From the NCBI GenBank assembly GCA_964057225.1, contig OZ059900.1:13020001-13084000 (forward strand): 64,000 bases of DNA, written 5' to 3'. A program made the position numbers and the translations under genes. The notes beneath the pieces were generated by a model. The model saw only the letters and a list, made by a program, of their open reading frames with translations. It was not told the DNA's origin and did no database searches. Source of the DNA: Auanema rhodensis. Its lineage: Eukaryota > Animalia > Nematoda. This document shows positions 37,901-52,900 of this stretch, one piece after another. Each line of letters begins with the position of its first letter. The first letter of the stretch is position 1.

Positions 37901-40900
37901 CTTTCCAAAATGTATTTCCAACTCAGAAGTTCTCTGGTTAGATTGAGATACTACCTCTAACTTGGGTAATTAAACCAAATCTATTCAGGAAACTTATGAA
38001 CTGTTCTAGCCTATCGCCGTATAAGTGATCAGTGTACAAAGCTATACAAAGCTTTATCCAGTCAAACTATAATGTAAAAGACGCGTCATGTTCATATTCA
38101 AATTTGTTTTGCTTTGGCATCTATAGTGTCATATAATCATACTAAGGCAGACAGTTTTCAATATTGCACACTCATGGTGTGCTTTCCAAAATGTATTTCC
38201 AACTCAGAAGTTCTCTGGTTAGATTGAGATACTACCTCTAACTTGGGTAATTAAACCAAATCTATTCAGGAAACTTATGAACTGTTCTAGCCTATCGCCG
38301 TATATGTGATCAGTGTACAAAGCTATACAAAGCTATACAAAGCTTTATCCGGTCAAACTATAATGTAAAAGACGCGTCATGTTCATATTCAAATTTGTTT
38401 TGCTTTGGCATCTATAGTGTCATATAATCATACTAAGACAAACAGTTTTCAATATTGCACACTCATGGTGTGCTTTCCAAAATGTATTTCCAACTCAGAA
38501 GTTCTCTGGTTAGATTGAGATACTACCTCTAACTTGGGTAATTAAACCAAATCTATTCAGGAAACTTATGAACTGTTCTAGCCTATCGCCGTATAAGTGA
38601 TCAGTGTACAAAGCTATACAAAGCTTTATCCAGTCAAACTATAATGTAAAAGACGCGTCATGTTCATATTCAAATTTGTTTTGCTTTGGCATCTATAGGG
38701 TCATATAATCATACTAAGGCAGACAGTTTTCAATATTGCACACTCATGGTGTGCTTTCCAAAATGTATTTCCAACTCAGAAGTTCTCTGGTTAGATTGAG
38801 ATACTACCTCTAACTTGGGTAATTAAACCAAATCTATTCAGGAAACTTATGAACTGTTCTAGCCTATCGCCGTATATGTGATCAGTGTACAAAGCTATAC
38901 AAAGCTTTATCCGGTCAAACTATAATGTAAAAGACGCGTCATGTTCATATTCAAATTTGTTTTGCTTTGGCATCTATAGTGTCATATAATCATACTAAGA
39001 CAAACAGTTTTCAATATTGCACACTCATGGTGTGCTTTCCAAAATGTATTTCCAACTCAGAAGTTCTCTGGTTTGATTGAGATACTACCTCTAACTTGGG
39101 TAATTAAACCAAATCTATTCAGGAAACTTATGAACTGTTCTAGCCTATCGCCGTATAAGTGATCAGTGTACAAAGCTATACAAAGCTTTATCCAGTCAAA
39201 CTATAATGTAAAAGACGCGTCATGTTCATATTCAAATTTGTTTTGCTTTGGCATCTATAGTGTCATATAATCATACTAAGACAAACAGTTTTCAATATTG
39301 CACACTCATGGTGTGCTTTCCAAAATGTATTTCCAACTCAGAAGTTCTCTGGTTTGATTGAGATACTACCTCTAACTTGGGTAATTAAACCAAATCTATT
39401 CAGGAAACTTATGAACTGTTCTAGCCTATCGCCGTATAAGTGATCAGTGTACAAAGCTATACAAAGCTATACAAAGCTTTATCCGGTCAAACTATAATGT
39501 AAAAGACGCGTCATGTTCATATTCAATATTGTTTTGCTTTGGCATCTATAGTGTCATATAATCATACTAAGACAAACAGTTTTCAATATTGCACACTCAT
39601 GGTGTGCTTTCCAAAATGTATTTCCAACTCAGAAGTTCTCTGGTTAGATTGAGATACTACCTCTAACTTGGGTAATTAAACCAAATCTATTCAGGAAACT
39701 TATGAACTGTTCTAGCCTATCGCCGTATATGTGATCAGTGTACAAAGCTATACAAAGCTTTATCCGGTCAAACTATAATGTAAAAGACGCGTCATGTTCA
39801 TATTCAAATTTGTTTTGCTTTGGCATCTATAGTGTCATATAATCATACTAAGACAAACAGTTTTCAATATTGCACACTCATGGTGTGCTTTCCAAAATGT
39901 ATTTCCAACTCAGAAGTTCTCTGGTTAGATTGAGATACTACCTCTAACTTGGGTAATTAAACCAAATCTATTCAGGAAACTTATGAACTGTTCTAGCCTA
40001 TCGCCGTATATGTGATCAGTGTACAAAGCTATACAAAGCTTTATCCAGTCAAACTATAATGTAAAAGACGCGTCATGTTCATATTCAAATTTGTTTTGCT
40101 TTGGCATCTATAGTGTCATATAATCATACTAAGACAAACAGTTTTCAATATTGCACACTCATGGTGTGCTTTCCAAAATGTATTTCCAACTCAGAAGTTC
40201 TCTGGTTAGATTGAGATACTACCTCTAACTTGGGTAATTAAACCAAATCTATTCAGGAAACTTATGAACTGTTCTAGCCTATCGCCGTATATGTGATCAG
40301 TGTACAAAGCTATACAAAGCTTTATCCGGTCAAACTATAATGTAAAAGACGCGTCATGTTCATATTCAAATTTGTTTTGCTTTGGCATCTATAGTGTCAT
40401 ATAATCATACTAAGACAAACAGTTTTCAATATTGCACACTCATGGTGTGCTTTCCAAAATGTATTTCCAACTCAGAAGTTCTCTGGTTAGATTGAGATAC
40501 TACCTCTAACTTGGGTAATTAAACCAAATCTATTCAGGAAACTTATGAACTGTTCTAGCCTATCGCCGTATATGTGATCAGTGTACAAAGCTATACAAAG
40601 CTTTATCCAGTCAAACTATAATGTAAAAGACGCGTCATGTTCATATTCAAATTTGTTTTGCTTTGGCATCTATAGGGTCATATAATCATACTAAGGCAGA
40701 CAGTTTTCAATATTGCACACTCATGGTGTGCTTTCCAAAATGTATTTCCAACTCAGAAGTTCTCTGGTTAGATTGAGATACTACCTCTAACTTGGGTAAT
40801 TAAACCAAATCTATTCAGGAAACTTATGAACTGTTCTAGCCTATCGCCGTATAAGTGATCAGTGTACAAAGCTATACAAAGCTTTATCCAGTCAAACTAT

Positions 40901-43900
40901 AATGTAAAAGACGCGTCATGTTCATATTCAAATTTGTTTTGCTTTGGCATCTATAGGGTCATATAATCATACTAAGGCAGACAGTTTTCAATATTGCACA
41001 CTCATGGTGTGCTTTCCAAAATGTATTTCCAACTCAGAAGTTCTCTGGTTAGATTGAGATACTACCTCTAACTTGGGTAATTAAACCAAATCTATTCAGG
41101 AAACTTATGAACTGTTCTAGCCTATCGCCGTATATGTGATCAGTGTACAAAGCTATACAAAGCTTTATCCGGTCAAACTATAATGTAAAAGACGCGTCAT
41201 GTTCATATTCAAATTTGTTTTGCTTTGGCATCTATAGTGTCATATAATCATACTAAGACAAACAGTTTTCAATATTGCACACTCATGGTGTGCTTTCCAA
41301 AATGTATTTCCAACTCAGAAGTTCTCTGGTTTGATTGAGATACTACCTCTAACTTGGGTAATTAAACCAAATCTATTCAGGAAACTTATGAACTGTTCTA
41401 GCCTATCGCCGTATAAGTGATCAGTGTACAAAGCTATACAAAGCTTTATCCGGTCATACTATAATGTAAAAGACGCGTCATGTTCATATTCAAATTTGTT
41501 TTGCTTTGGCATCTATAGGGTCATATAATCATACTAAGGCAGACAGTTTTCAATATTGCACACTCATGGTGTGCTTTCCAAAATGTATTTCCAACTCAGA
41601 AGTTCTCTGGTTAGATTGAGATACTACCTCTAACTTGGGTAATTAAACCAAATCTATTCAGGAAACTTATGAACTGTTCTAGCCTATCGCCGTATATGTG
41701 ATCAGTGTACAAAGCTATACAAAGCTTTATCCGGTCATACTATAATGTAAAAGACGCGTCATGTTCATATTCAAATTTGTTTTGCTTTGGCATCTATAGG
41801 GTCATATAATCATACTAAGGCAGACAGTTTTCAATATTGCACAGTCATGGTGTGCTTTCCAAAATGTATTTCCAACTCAGAAGTTCTCTGGTTTGATTGA
41901 GATACTACCTCTAACTTGGGTAATTAAACCAAATCTATTCAGGAAACTTATGAACTGTTCTAGCCTATCGCCGTATAAGTGATCAGTGTACAAAGCTATA
42001 CAAAGCTTTATCCAGTCAAACTATAATGTAAAAGACGCGTCATGTTCATATTCAAATTTGTTTTGCTTTGGCATCTATAGTGTCATATAATCATACTAAG
42101 ACAGACAGTTTTCAATATTGCACACTCATGGTGTGCTTTCCAAAATGTATTTCCAACTCAGAAGTTCTCTGGTTAGATTGAGATACTACCTCTAACTTGG
42201 GTAATTAAACCAAATCTATTCAGGAAACTTATGAACTGTTCTAGCCTATCGCCGTATATGTGATCAGTGTACAAAGCTATACAAAGCTTTATCGGGTCAA
42301 ACTATAATGTAAAAGACGCGTCATGTTCATATTCAAATTTGTTTTGCTTTGGCATCTATAGTGTCATATAATCATACTAAGACAGACAGTTTTCAATATT
42401 GCACACTCATGGTGTGCTTTCCAAAATGTATTTCCAACTCAGAAGTTCTCTGGTTAGATTGAGATACTACCTCTAACTTGGGTAATTAAACCAAATCTAT
42501 TCAGGAAACTTATGAACTGTTCTAGCCTATCGCCGTATATGTGATCAGTGTACAAAGCTATACAAAGCTTTATCCGGTCAAACTATAATGTAAAAGACGC
42601 GTCATGTTCATATTCAAATTTGTTTTGCTTTGGCATCTATAGTGTCATATAATCATACTAAGACAGATAGTTTTTAATATTGCACACTCATGGTGTGCTT
42701 TCCAAAATGTATTTCCAACTCAGAAGTTCTCTGGTTAGATTGAGATACTACCTCTAACTTGGGTAATTAAACCAAATCTATTCAGGAAACTTATGAACTG
42801 TTCTAGCCTATCGCCGTATATGTGATCAGTGTACAAAGCTATACAAAGCTTTATCCGGTCAAACTATAATGTAAAAGACGCGTCATGTTCATATTCAAAT
42901 TTGTTTTGCTTTGGCATCTATAGTGTCATATAATCATACTAAGACAAACAGTTTTCAATATTGCACACTCATGGTGTGCTTTCCAAAATGTATTTCCAAC
43001 TCAGAAGTTCTCTGGTTAGATTGAGATACTACCTCTAACTTGGGTAATTAAACCAAATCTATTCAGGAAACTTATGAACTGTTCTAGCCTATCGCCGTAT
43101 ATGTGATCAGTGTACAAAGCTATACAAAGCTTTATCCGGTCAAACTATAATGTAAAAGACGCGTCATGTTCATATTCAAATTTGTTTTGCTTTGGCATCT
43201 ATAGTGTCATATAATCATACTAAGACAAACAGTTTTCAATATTGCACACTCATGGTGTGCTTTCCAAAATGTATTTCCAACTCAGAAGTTCTCTGGTTTG
43301 ATTGAGATACTACCTCTAACTTGGGTAATTAAACCAAATCTATTCAGGAAACTTATGAACTGTTCTAGCCTATCGCCGTATATGTGATCAGTGTACAAAG
43401 CTATACAAAGCTTTATCCGGTCAAACTATAATGTAAAAGACGCGTCATGTTCATATTCAAATTTGTTTTGCTTTGGCATCTATAGTGTCATATAATCATA
43501 CTAAGACAAACAGTTTTCAATATTGCACACTCATGGTGTGCTTTCCAAAATGTATTTCCAACTCAGAAGTTCTCTGGTTTGATTGAGATACTACCTCTAA
43601 CTTGGGTAATTAAACCAAATCTATTCAGGAAACTTATGAACTGTTCTAGCCTATCGCCGTATATGTGATCAGTGTACAAAGCTATACAAAGCTTTATCCG
43701 GTCAAACTATAATGTAAAAGACGCGTCATGTTCATATTCAAATTTGTTTTGCTTTGGCATCTATAGTGTCATATAATCATACTAAGACAAACAGTTTTCA
43801 ATATTGCACACTCATGGTGTGCTTTCCAAAATGTATTTCCAACTCAGAAGTTCTCTGGTTAGATTGAGATACTACCTCTAACTTGGGTAATTAAACCAAA

Positions 43901-46900
43901 TCTATTCAGGAAACTTATGAACTGTTCTAGCCTATCGCCGTATATGTGATCAGTGTACAAAGCTATACAAAGCTTTATCCGGTCAAACTATAATGTAAAA
44001 GACGCGTCATGTTCATATTCAAATTTGTTTTGCTTTGGCATCTATAGTGTCATATAATCATACTAAGACAAACAGTTTTCAATATTGCACACTCATGGTG
44101 TGCTTTCCAAAATGTATTTCCAACTCAGAAGTTCTCTGGTTAGATTGAGATACTACCTCTAACTTGGGTAATTAAACCAAATCTATTCAGGAAACTTATG
44201 AACTGTTCTAGCCTATCGCCGTATATGTGATCAGTGTACAAAGCTATACAAAGCTTTATCCGGTCATAGTATAATGTAAAAGACGCGTCATGTTCATATT
44301 CAAATTTGTTTTGCTTTGGCATCTATAGGGTCATATAATCATACTAAGGCAGACAGTTTTCAATATTGCACAGTCATGGTGTGCTTTCCAAAATGTATTT
44401 CCAACTCAGAAGTTCTCTGGTTAGATTGAGATACTACCTCTAACTTGGGTAATTAAACCAAATCTATTCAGGAAACTTATGAACTGTTCTAGCCTATCGC
44501 CGTATATGTGATCAGTGTACAAAGCTATACAAAGCTTTATCCGGTCAAACTATAATGTAAAAGACGCGTCATGTTCATATTCAAATTTGTTTTGCTTTGG
44601 CATCTATAGTGTCATATAATCATACTAAGACAGATAGTTTTTAATATTGCACACTCATGGTGTGCTTTCCAAAATGTATTTCCAACTCAGAAGTTCTCTG
44701 GTTAGATTGAGATACTACCTCTAACTTGGGTAATTAAACCAAATCTATTCAGGAAACTTATGAACTGTTCTAGCCTATCGCCGTATATGTGATCAGTGTA
44801 CAAAGCTATACAAAGCTTTATCCGGTCAAACTATAATGTAAAAGACGCGTCATGTTCATATTCAAATTTGTTTTGCTTTGGCATCTATAGTGTCATATAA
44901 TCATACTAAGACAAACAGTTTTCAATATTGCACACTCATGGTGTGCTTTCCAAAATGTATTTCCAACTCAGAAGTTCTCTGGTTAGATTGAGATACTACC
45001 TCTAACTTGGGTAATTAAACCAAATCTATTCAGGAAACTTATGAACTGTTCTAGCCTATCGCCGTATATGTGATCAGTGTACAAAGCTATACAAAGCTTT
45101 ATCCGGTCAAACTATAATGTAAAAGACGCGCCATGTTCATATTCAAATTTGTTTTGCTTTGGCATCTATAGTGTCATATAATCATACTAAGACAGGCAGT
45201 TTTCAATATTGCACACTCATGGTGTGCTTTCCAAAATGTATTTCCAACTCAGAAGTTCTCTGGTTAGATTGAGATACTACCTCTAACTTGGGTAATTAAA
45301 CCAAATCTATTCAGGAAACTTATGAACTGTTCTAGCCTATCGCCGTATATGTGATCAGTGTACAAAGCTATACAAAGCTTTATCCGGTCAAACTATAATG
45401 TAATAGACGCGTCATGTTCATATTCAAACTTGTTTTGCTTTGACATCTATAGTGTCATATAATCATACTAAGACAGGCAGTTTTCAATATTGCACACTCA
45501 TGGTGTGCTTTCCAAAATGTATTTCCAACTCAGAAGTTCTCTGGTTAGATTGAGATACTACCTCTAACTTGGGTAATTAAACCAAATCTATTCAGGAAAC
45601 TTATGAACTGTTTTAGCCTATCGCCGTATATGTGATCAGTGTACAAAGCTATACAAAGCTTTATCCGGTCAAACTATAATGTAAAAGACGCGTCATGTTC
45701 ATATTCAAATTTGTTTTGCTTTCGCATCTATAGTGTCATATAATCATACTAAGACAGACAGTTTTCAATATTGCACAGTCATGGTGTGCTTTCCAAAATG
45801 TATTTCCAACTCAGAAGTTCTCTGGTTAGATTGAGATACTACCTCTAACTTGGGTAATTAAACCAAATCTATTCAGGAAACTTATAAACTGTTCTAGCCT
45901 ATTGCCGTATATGTGATCAGTGTACAAAGCTATACAAAGCTTTATCCGGTCAAACTATAATGTAAAAGACGCGGCATGTTCATATTCAAACTTGTTTTGC
46001 TTTGGCATCTATAGGGTCATATAATCATACTAAGGCAGACAGTTTTCAATATTGCACAGTCATGGTGTGCTTTCCAAAATGTATTTCCAACTCAGAAGTT
46101 CTCTGGTTAGATTGAGATACTACCTCTAACTTGGGTAACTAAACCAAATCTATTCAGGAAACTTATGAACTGTTCTAGCCTATTGCCGTATATGTGATCA
46201 GTGTACAAAGCTATACAAAGCTTTATCCGGTCAAACTATAATGTAAAAGACGCGTCATGTTCATATTCAAATTTGTTTTGCTTTGGCATCTATAGGGTCA
46301 TATAATCATACTAAGGCAGACAGTTTTCAATATTGCACACTCATGGTGTGCTTTCCAAAATGTATTTCCAACTCAGAAGTTCTCTGGTTAGATTGAGATA
46401 CTACCTCTAACTTTGGGTAATTAAACCAAATCTATTCAGGAATCTTATGAACTATTCTAGCCTATCGCCGTATAAGTGATCAGTGTACAAAGCTATACAA
46501 AGCTTTATCCAGTCAAACTATAATGTAAAATACGCGTCATGTTCATATTCAAACTTGTTTTGCTTTGGCATCTATAGGGTCATATAATCATACTAAGGCA
46601 GACAGTTTTCAATATTGCACATTCATGGTGTGCTTTCCAAAATGTATTTCCAACTCAGAAGTTCTCTGGTTAGATTGAGATACTACCTCTAACTTGGGTA
46701 ACTAAACCAAATCTATTCAGGAAACTTATGAACTGTTCTAGCCTATTGCCGTATATGTGATCAGTGTACAAAGCTATACAAAGCTTTATCCGGTCAAACT
46801 ATAATGTAAAAGACGCGTCATGTTCATATTCAAATTTGTTTTGCTTTGGCATCTATAGGGTCATATAATCATACTAAGGCAGACAGTTTTCAATATTGCA

Positions 46901-49900
46901 CACTCATGGTGTGCTTTCCAAAATGTATTTCCAACTCAGAAGTTCTCTGGTTAGATTGAGATACTACCTCTAACTTTGGTAATTAAACCAAATCTATTCA
47001 GGAAACTTATGAACTGTTCTAGCCTATCGCCGTATAAGTGATCAGTGTACAAAGCTATACAAAGCTTTATCCGGTCAAACTATAATGTAAAAGACGCGTC
47101 ATGTTCATATTCAAATTTGTTTTGCTTTGGCATCTATAGTGTCATATAATCATACTAAGGCAGACAGTTTTCAATATTGCACACTCATGGTGTGCTTTCC
47201 AAAATGTATTTCCAACTCAGAAGTTCTCTGGTTAGATTGAGATACTACCTCTAACTTGGGTAATTAAACCAAATCTATTCAGGAAACTTATGACCTGTTC
47301 TAGCCTATCGCCGTATAAGTGATCAGTGTACAAAGCTATACAAAGCTTTATCCAGTCAAACTATAATGTAAAAAACGCGTCATGTTCATATTCAAATTTA
47401 TTTTGCTTTGGCATCTATAGGGTCATATAATCATACTAAGGCAGACAGTTTTCAATATTGCACACTCATGGTGTGCTTTCCAAAATGTATTTCCAACTCA
47501 GAAGTTCTCTGGTTAGATTGGGATACTACCTCTAACTTTGGTAATTAAACCAAATCTATTCAGGAAACTTATGAACTGTTCTAGCCTATCGCCGTATAAG
47601 TGATCAGTGTACAAAGCTATACAAAGCTTTATCCGGTCAAACTATAATGTAAAAGACGCGTCATGTTCATATTCAAATTTGTTTTGCTTTGGCATCTATA
47701 GGGTCATATAATCATACTAAGGCAGACAGTTTTCAATATTGCACACTCATGGTGTGCTTTCCAAAATGTATTTCCAACTCAGAAGTTCTCTGGTTAGATT
47801 GAGATACTACCTCTAACTTTGGTAATTAAACCAAATCTATTCAGGAAACTTATGAACTGTTTTAGCCTATCGCCGTATATGTGATCAGTGTACAAAGCTA
47901 TACAAAGCTTTATCCGGTCAAACTATAATGTAAAAGACGCGTCATGTTCATATTCAAATTTGTTTTGCTTTCGCATCTATAGTGTCATATAATCATACTA
48001 AGACAGACAGTTTTCAATATTGCACAGTCATGGTGTGCTTTCCAAAATGTATTTCCAACTCAGAAGTTCTCTGGTTAGATTGAGATACTACCTCTAACTT
48101 GGGTAATTAAACCAAATCTATTCAGGAAACTTATAAACTGTTCTAGCCTATTGCCGTATATGTGATCAGTGTACAAAGCTATACAAAGCTTTATCCGGTC
48201 AAACTCTAATGTAAAAGACGCGTCATGTTCATATTCAAACTTGTTTCGCTTTGGCATCTATAGGGTCATATAATCATACTAAGGCAGACAGTTTTCAATA
48301 TTGCACAGTCATGGTGTGCTTTCCAAAATGTATTTCCAACTCAGAAGTTCTCTGGTTAGATTGAGATACTACCTCTAACTTTGGGTAATTAAACCAAATC
48401 TATTCAGGAATCTTATGAACTGTTCTAGCCTATCGCCGTATAAGTGATCAGTGTACAAAGCTATACAAAGCTTTATCCAGTCAAACTATAATGTAAAATA
48501 CGCGTCATGTTCATATTCAAATTTGTTTTGCTTTGGCATCTATAGGGTCATATAATCATACTAAGGCAGACAGTTTTCAATATTGCACATTCATGGTGTG
48601 CTTTCCAAAATGTATTTCCAACTCAGAAGTTCTCTGGTTAGATTGAGATACTACCTCTAACTTGGGTAACTAAACCAAATCTATTCAGGAAACTTATGAA
48701 CTGTTCTAGCCTATTGCCGTATATGTGATCAGTGTACAAAGCTATACAAAGCTTTATCCGGTCAAACTATAATGTAAAAGACGCGTCATGTTCATATTCA
48801 AATTTGTTTTGCTTTGGCATCTATAGGGTCATATAATCATACTAAGGCAGACAGTTTTCAATATTGCACACTCATGGTGTGCTTTCCAAAATGTATTTCC
48901 AACTCAGAAGTTCTCTGGTTAGATTGAGATACTACCTCTAACTTTGGTAATTAAACCAAATCTATTCAGGAAACTTATGAACTGTTCTAGCCTATCGCCG
49001 TATAAGTGATCAGTGTACAAAGCTATACAAAGCTTTATCCGGTCAAACTATAATGTGAAAGACGCGTCATGTTCATATTCAAATTTGTTTTGCTTTGGCA
49101 TCTATAGGGTCATATAATCATACTAAGGCAGACAGTTTTCAATATTGCACACTCATGGTGTGCTTTCCAAAATGTATTTCCAACTCAGAAGTTCTCTGGT
49201 TAGATTAAGATACTACCTCTAACTTGGGTAATTAAACCAAATCTATTCAGGAAACTTATGAACTGTTCTAGCCTATCGCCGTATAAGTGATCAGTGTACA
49301 AAGCTATACAAAGCTTTATCCAGTCAAACTATAATGTAAAAGACGCGTCATGTTCATATTCAAATTTGTTTTGCTTTGGCATCTATAGGGTCATATAATC
49401 ATACTAAGGCAGACAGTTTTCAATATTGCACACTCATGGTGTGCTTTCCAAAATGTATTTCCAACTCAGAAGTTCTCTGGTTAGATTGGGATACTACCTC
49501 TAACTTGGGTAATTAAACCAAATCTATTCAGGAAACTTATGAACTGTTCTAGCCTATCGCCGTATAAGTGATCAGTGTACAAAGCTATACAAAGCTTTAT
49601 CCAGTCAAACTATAATGTAAAAGACGCGTCATGTTCATATTCAAATTTGTTTTGCTTTGGCATCTATAGGGTCATATAATCATACTAAGGCAGACAGTTT
49701 TCAATATTGCACACTCATGGTGTGCTTTCCAAAATGTATTTCCAACTCAGAAGTTCTCTGGTTAGATTGAGATACTACCTCTAACTTTGGTAATTAAACC
49801 AAATCTATTCAGGAAACTTATGAACTGTTCTAGCCTATCGCCGTATAAGTGATCAGTGTACAAAGCTATACAAAGCTTTATCCAGTCAAACTATAATGTA

Positions 49901-52900
49901 AAAGACGCGTCATGTTCATATTCAAATTTGTTTTGCTTTGGCATCTATAGGGTCATATAATCATACTAAGGCAGACAGTTTTCAATATTGCACATTCATG
50001 GTGTGCTTTCCAAAATGTATTTCCAACTCAGAAGTTCTCTGGTTAGATTGAGATACTACCTCTAACTTGGGTAACTAAACCAAATCTATTCAGGAAACTT
50101 ATGAACTGTTCTAGCCTATCGCCGTATAAGTGATCAGTGTACAAAGCTATACAAAGCTTTATCCAGTCAAACTATAATGTAAAAGACGCGTCATGTTCAT
50201 ATTCAAATTTGTTTTGCTTTGGCAATTATAGGGTCATATAATCATACTAAGGCAGACAGTTTTCAATATTGCACACTCATGGTGTGCTTTCCAAAATGTA
50301 TTTCCAACTCAGAAGTTCTCTGGTTAGATTGAGATACTACCTCTAACTTGGGTAATTAAACCAAATCTATTCAGGAAACTTATGAACTGTTCTAGCCTAT
50401 CGCCGTATAAGTGATCAGTGTACAAAGCTATACAAAGCTTTATCCAGTCAAACTATAATGTAAAAGACGCGTCATGTTCATATTCAAATTTGTTTTGCTT
50501 TGGCATCTATAGGGTCATATAATCATACTAAGGCAGACAGTTTTCAATATTGCACACTCATGGTGTGCTTTCCAAAATGTATTTCCAACTCAGAAGTTCT
50601 CTGGTTAGATTGAGATACTACCTCTAACTTGGGTAATTAAACCAAATCTATTCAGGAAACTTATGAACTGTTCTAGCCTATCGCCGTATATGTGATCAGT
50701 GTACAAAGCTATACAAAGCTTTATCCGGTCAAACTATAATGTAAAAGACGCGTCATGTTCATATTCAAATTTGTTTTGCTTTGGCATCTATAGGGTCATA
50801 TAATCATACTAAGGCAGACAGTTTTCAATATTGCACACTCATGGTGTGCTTTCCAAAATGTATTTCCAACTCAGAAGTTCTCTGGTTAGATTGAGATACT
50901 ACCTCTAACTTGGGTAATTAAACCAAATCTATTCAGGAAACTTATGAACTGTTCTAGCCTATCGCCGTATATGTGATCAGTGTACAAAGCTATACAAAGC
51001 TTTATCCGGTCAAACTATAATGTAAAAGACGCGTCATGTTCATATTCAAATTTGTTTTGCTTTGGCATCTATAGGGTCATATAATCATACTAAGGCAGAC
51101 AGTTTTCAATATTGCACACTCATGGTGTGCTTTCCAAAATGTATTTCCAACTCAGAAGTTCTCTGGTTAGATTGAGATACTACCTCTAACTTTGGTAATT
51201 AAACCAAATCTATTCAGGAAACTTATGAACTGTTCTAGCCTATCGCCGTATAAGTGATCAGTGTACAAAGCTATACAAAGCTATACAAAGCTTTATCCGG
51301 TCAAACTATAATGTAAAAGACGCGTCATGTTCATATTCAAATTTGTTTTGCTTTGGCATCTATAGGGTCATATAATCATACTAAGGCAGACAGTTTTCAA
51401 TATTGCACACTCATGGTGTGCTTTCCAAAATGTATTTCCAACTCAGAAGTTCTCTGGTTAGATTGAGATACTACCTCTAACTTGGGTAATTAAACCATAT
51501 CTATTCAGGAAACTTATGAACTGTTCTAGCCTATCGCCGTATATGTGATCAGTGTACAAAGCTATACAAAGCTTTATCCGGTCAAACTATAATGTAAAAG
51601 ACGCGTCATGTTCATATTCAAATTTGTTTTGCTTTGGCATCTATAGGGTCATATAATCATACTAAGGCAGACAGTTTTCAATATTGCACAGTCATGGTGT
51701 GCTTTCCAAAATGTATTTCCAACTCAGAAGTTCTCTGGTTAGATTGAGATACTACCTCTAACTTGGGTAATTAAACCAAATCTATTCAGGAAACTTATGA
51801 ACTGTTCTAGCCTATCGCCGTATAAGTGATCAGTGTACAAAGCTATACAAAGCTTTATCCAGTCAAACTATAATGTAAAAGACGCGTCATGTTCATATTC
51901 AAATTTGTTTTGCTTTGGCATCTATAGGGTCATATAATCATACTAAGGCAGACAGTTTTCAATATTGCACACTCATGGTGTGCTTTCCAAAATGTATTTC
52001 CAACTCAGAAGTTCTCTGGTTAGATTGAGATACTACCTCTAACTTGGGTAATTAAACCAAATCTATTCAGGAAACTTATGAACTGTTCTAGCCTATCGCC
52101 GTATAAGTGATCAGTGTACAAAGCTATACAAAGCTTTATCCAGTCAAACTATAATGTAAAAGACGCGTCATGTTCATATTCAAATTTGTTTTGCTTTGGC
52201 ATCTATAGGGTCATATAATCATACTAAGGCAGACAGTTTTCAATATTGCACACTCATGGTGTGCTTTCCAAAATGTATTTCCAACTCAGAAGTTCTCTGG
52301 TTAGATTGAGATACTACCTCTAACTTTGGTAATTAAACCAAATCTATTCAGGAAACTTATGAACTGTTCTAGCCTATCGCCGTATAAGTGATCAGTGTAC
52401 AAAGCTATACAAAGCTTTATCCAGTCAAACTATAATGTAAAAGACGCGTCATGTTCATATTCAAATTTGTTTTGCTTTGGCATCTATAGGGTCATATAAT
52501 CATACTAAGGCAGACAGTTTTCAATATTGCACACTCATGGTGTGCTTTCCAAAATGTATTTCCAACTCAGAAGTTCTCTGGTTAGATTGAGATACTACCT
52601 CTAACTTGGGTAATTAAACCAAATCTATTCAGGAAACTTATGAACTGTTCTAGCCTATCGCCGTATAAGTGATCAGTGTACAAAGCTATACAAAGCTTTA
52701 TCCAGTCAAACTATAATGTAAAAGACGCGTCATGTTCATATTCAAATTTGTTTTGCTTTGGCATCTATAGGGTCATATAATCATACTAAGGCAGACAGTT
52801 TTCAATATTGCACACTCATGGTGTGCTTTCCAAAATGTATTTCCAACTCAGAAGTTCTCTGGTTAGATTGAGATACTACCTCTAACTTGGGTAATTAAAC

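Noticed and set aside
44140-44322. 60-aa minus-strand ORF in a satellite monomer
   Set aside because: It exists only because a private substitution removes the TAG present in other monomers. The protein has no recognisable features.
48075-48257. 60-aa minus-strand ORF in a satellite monomer
   Set aside because: Same frame opened by a different single SNP. The stop is present in essentially all other copies, and the spreading +10 bp variant would frameshift it.
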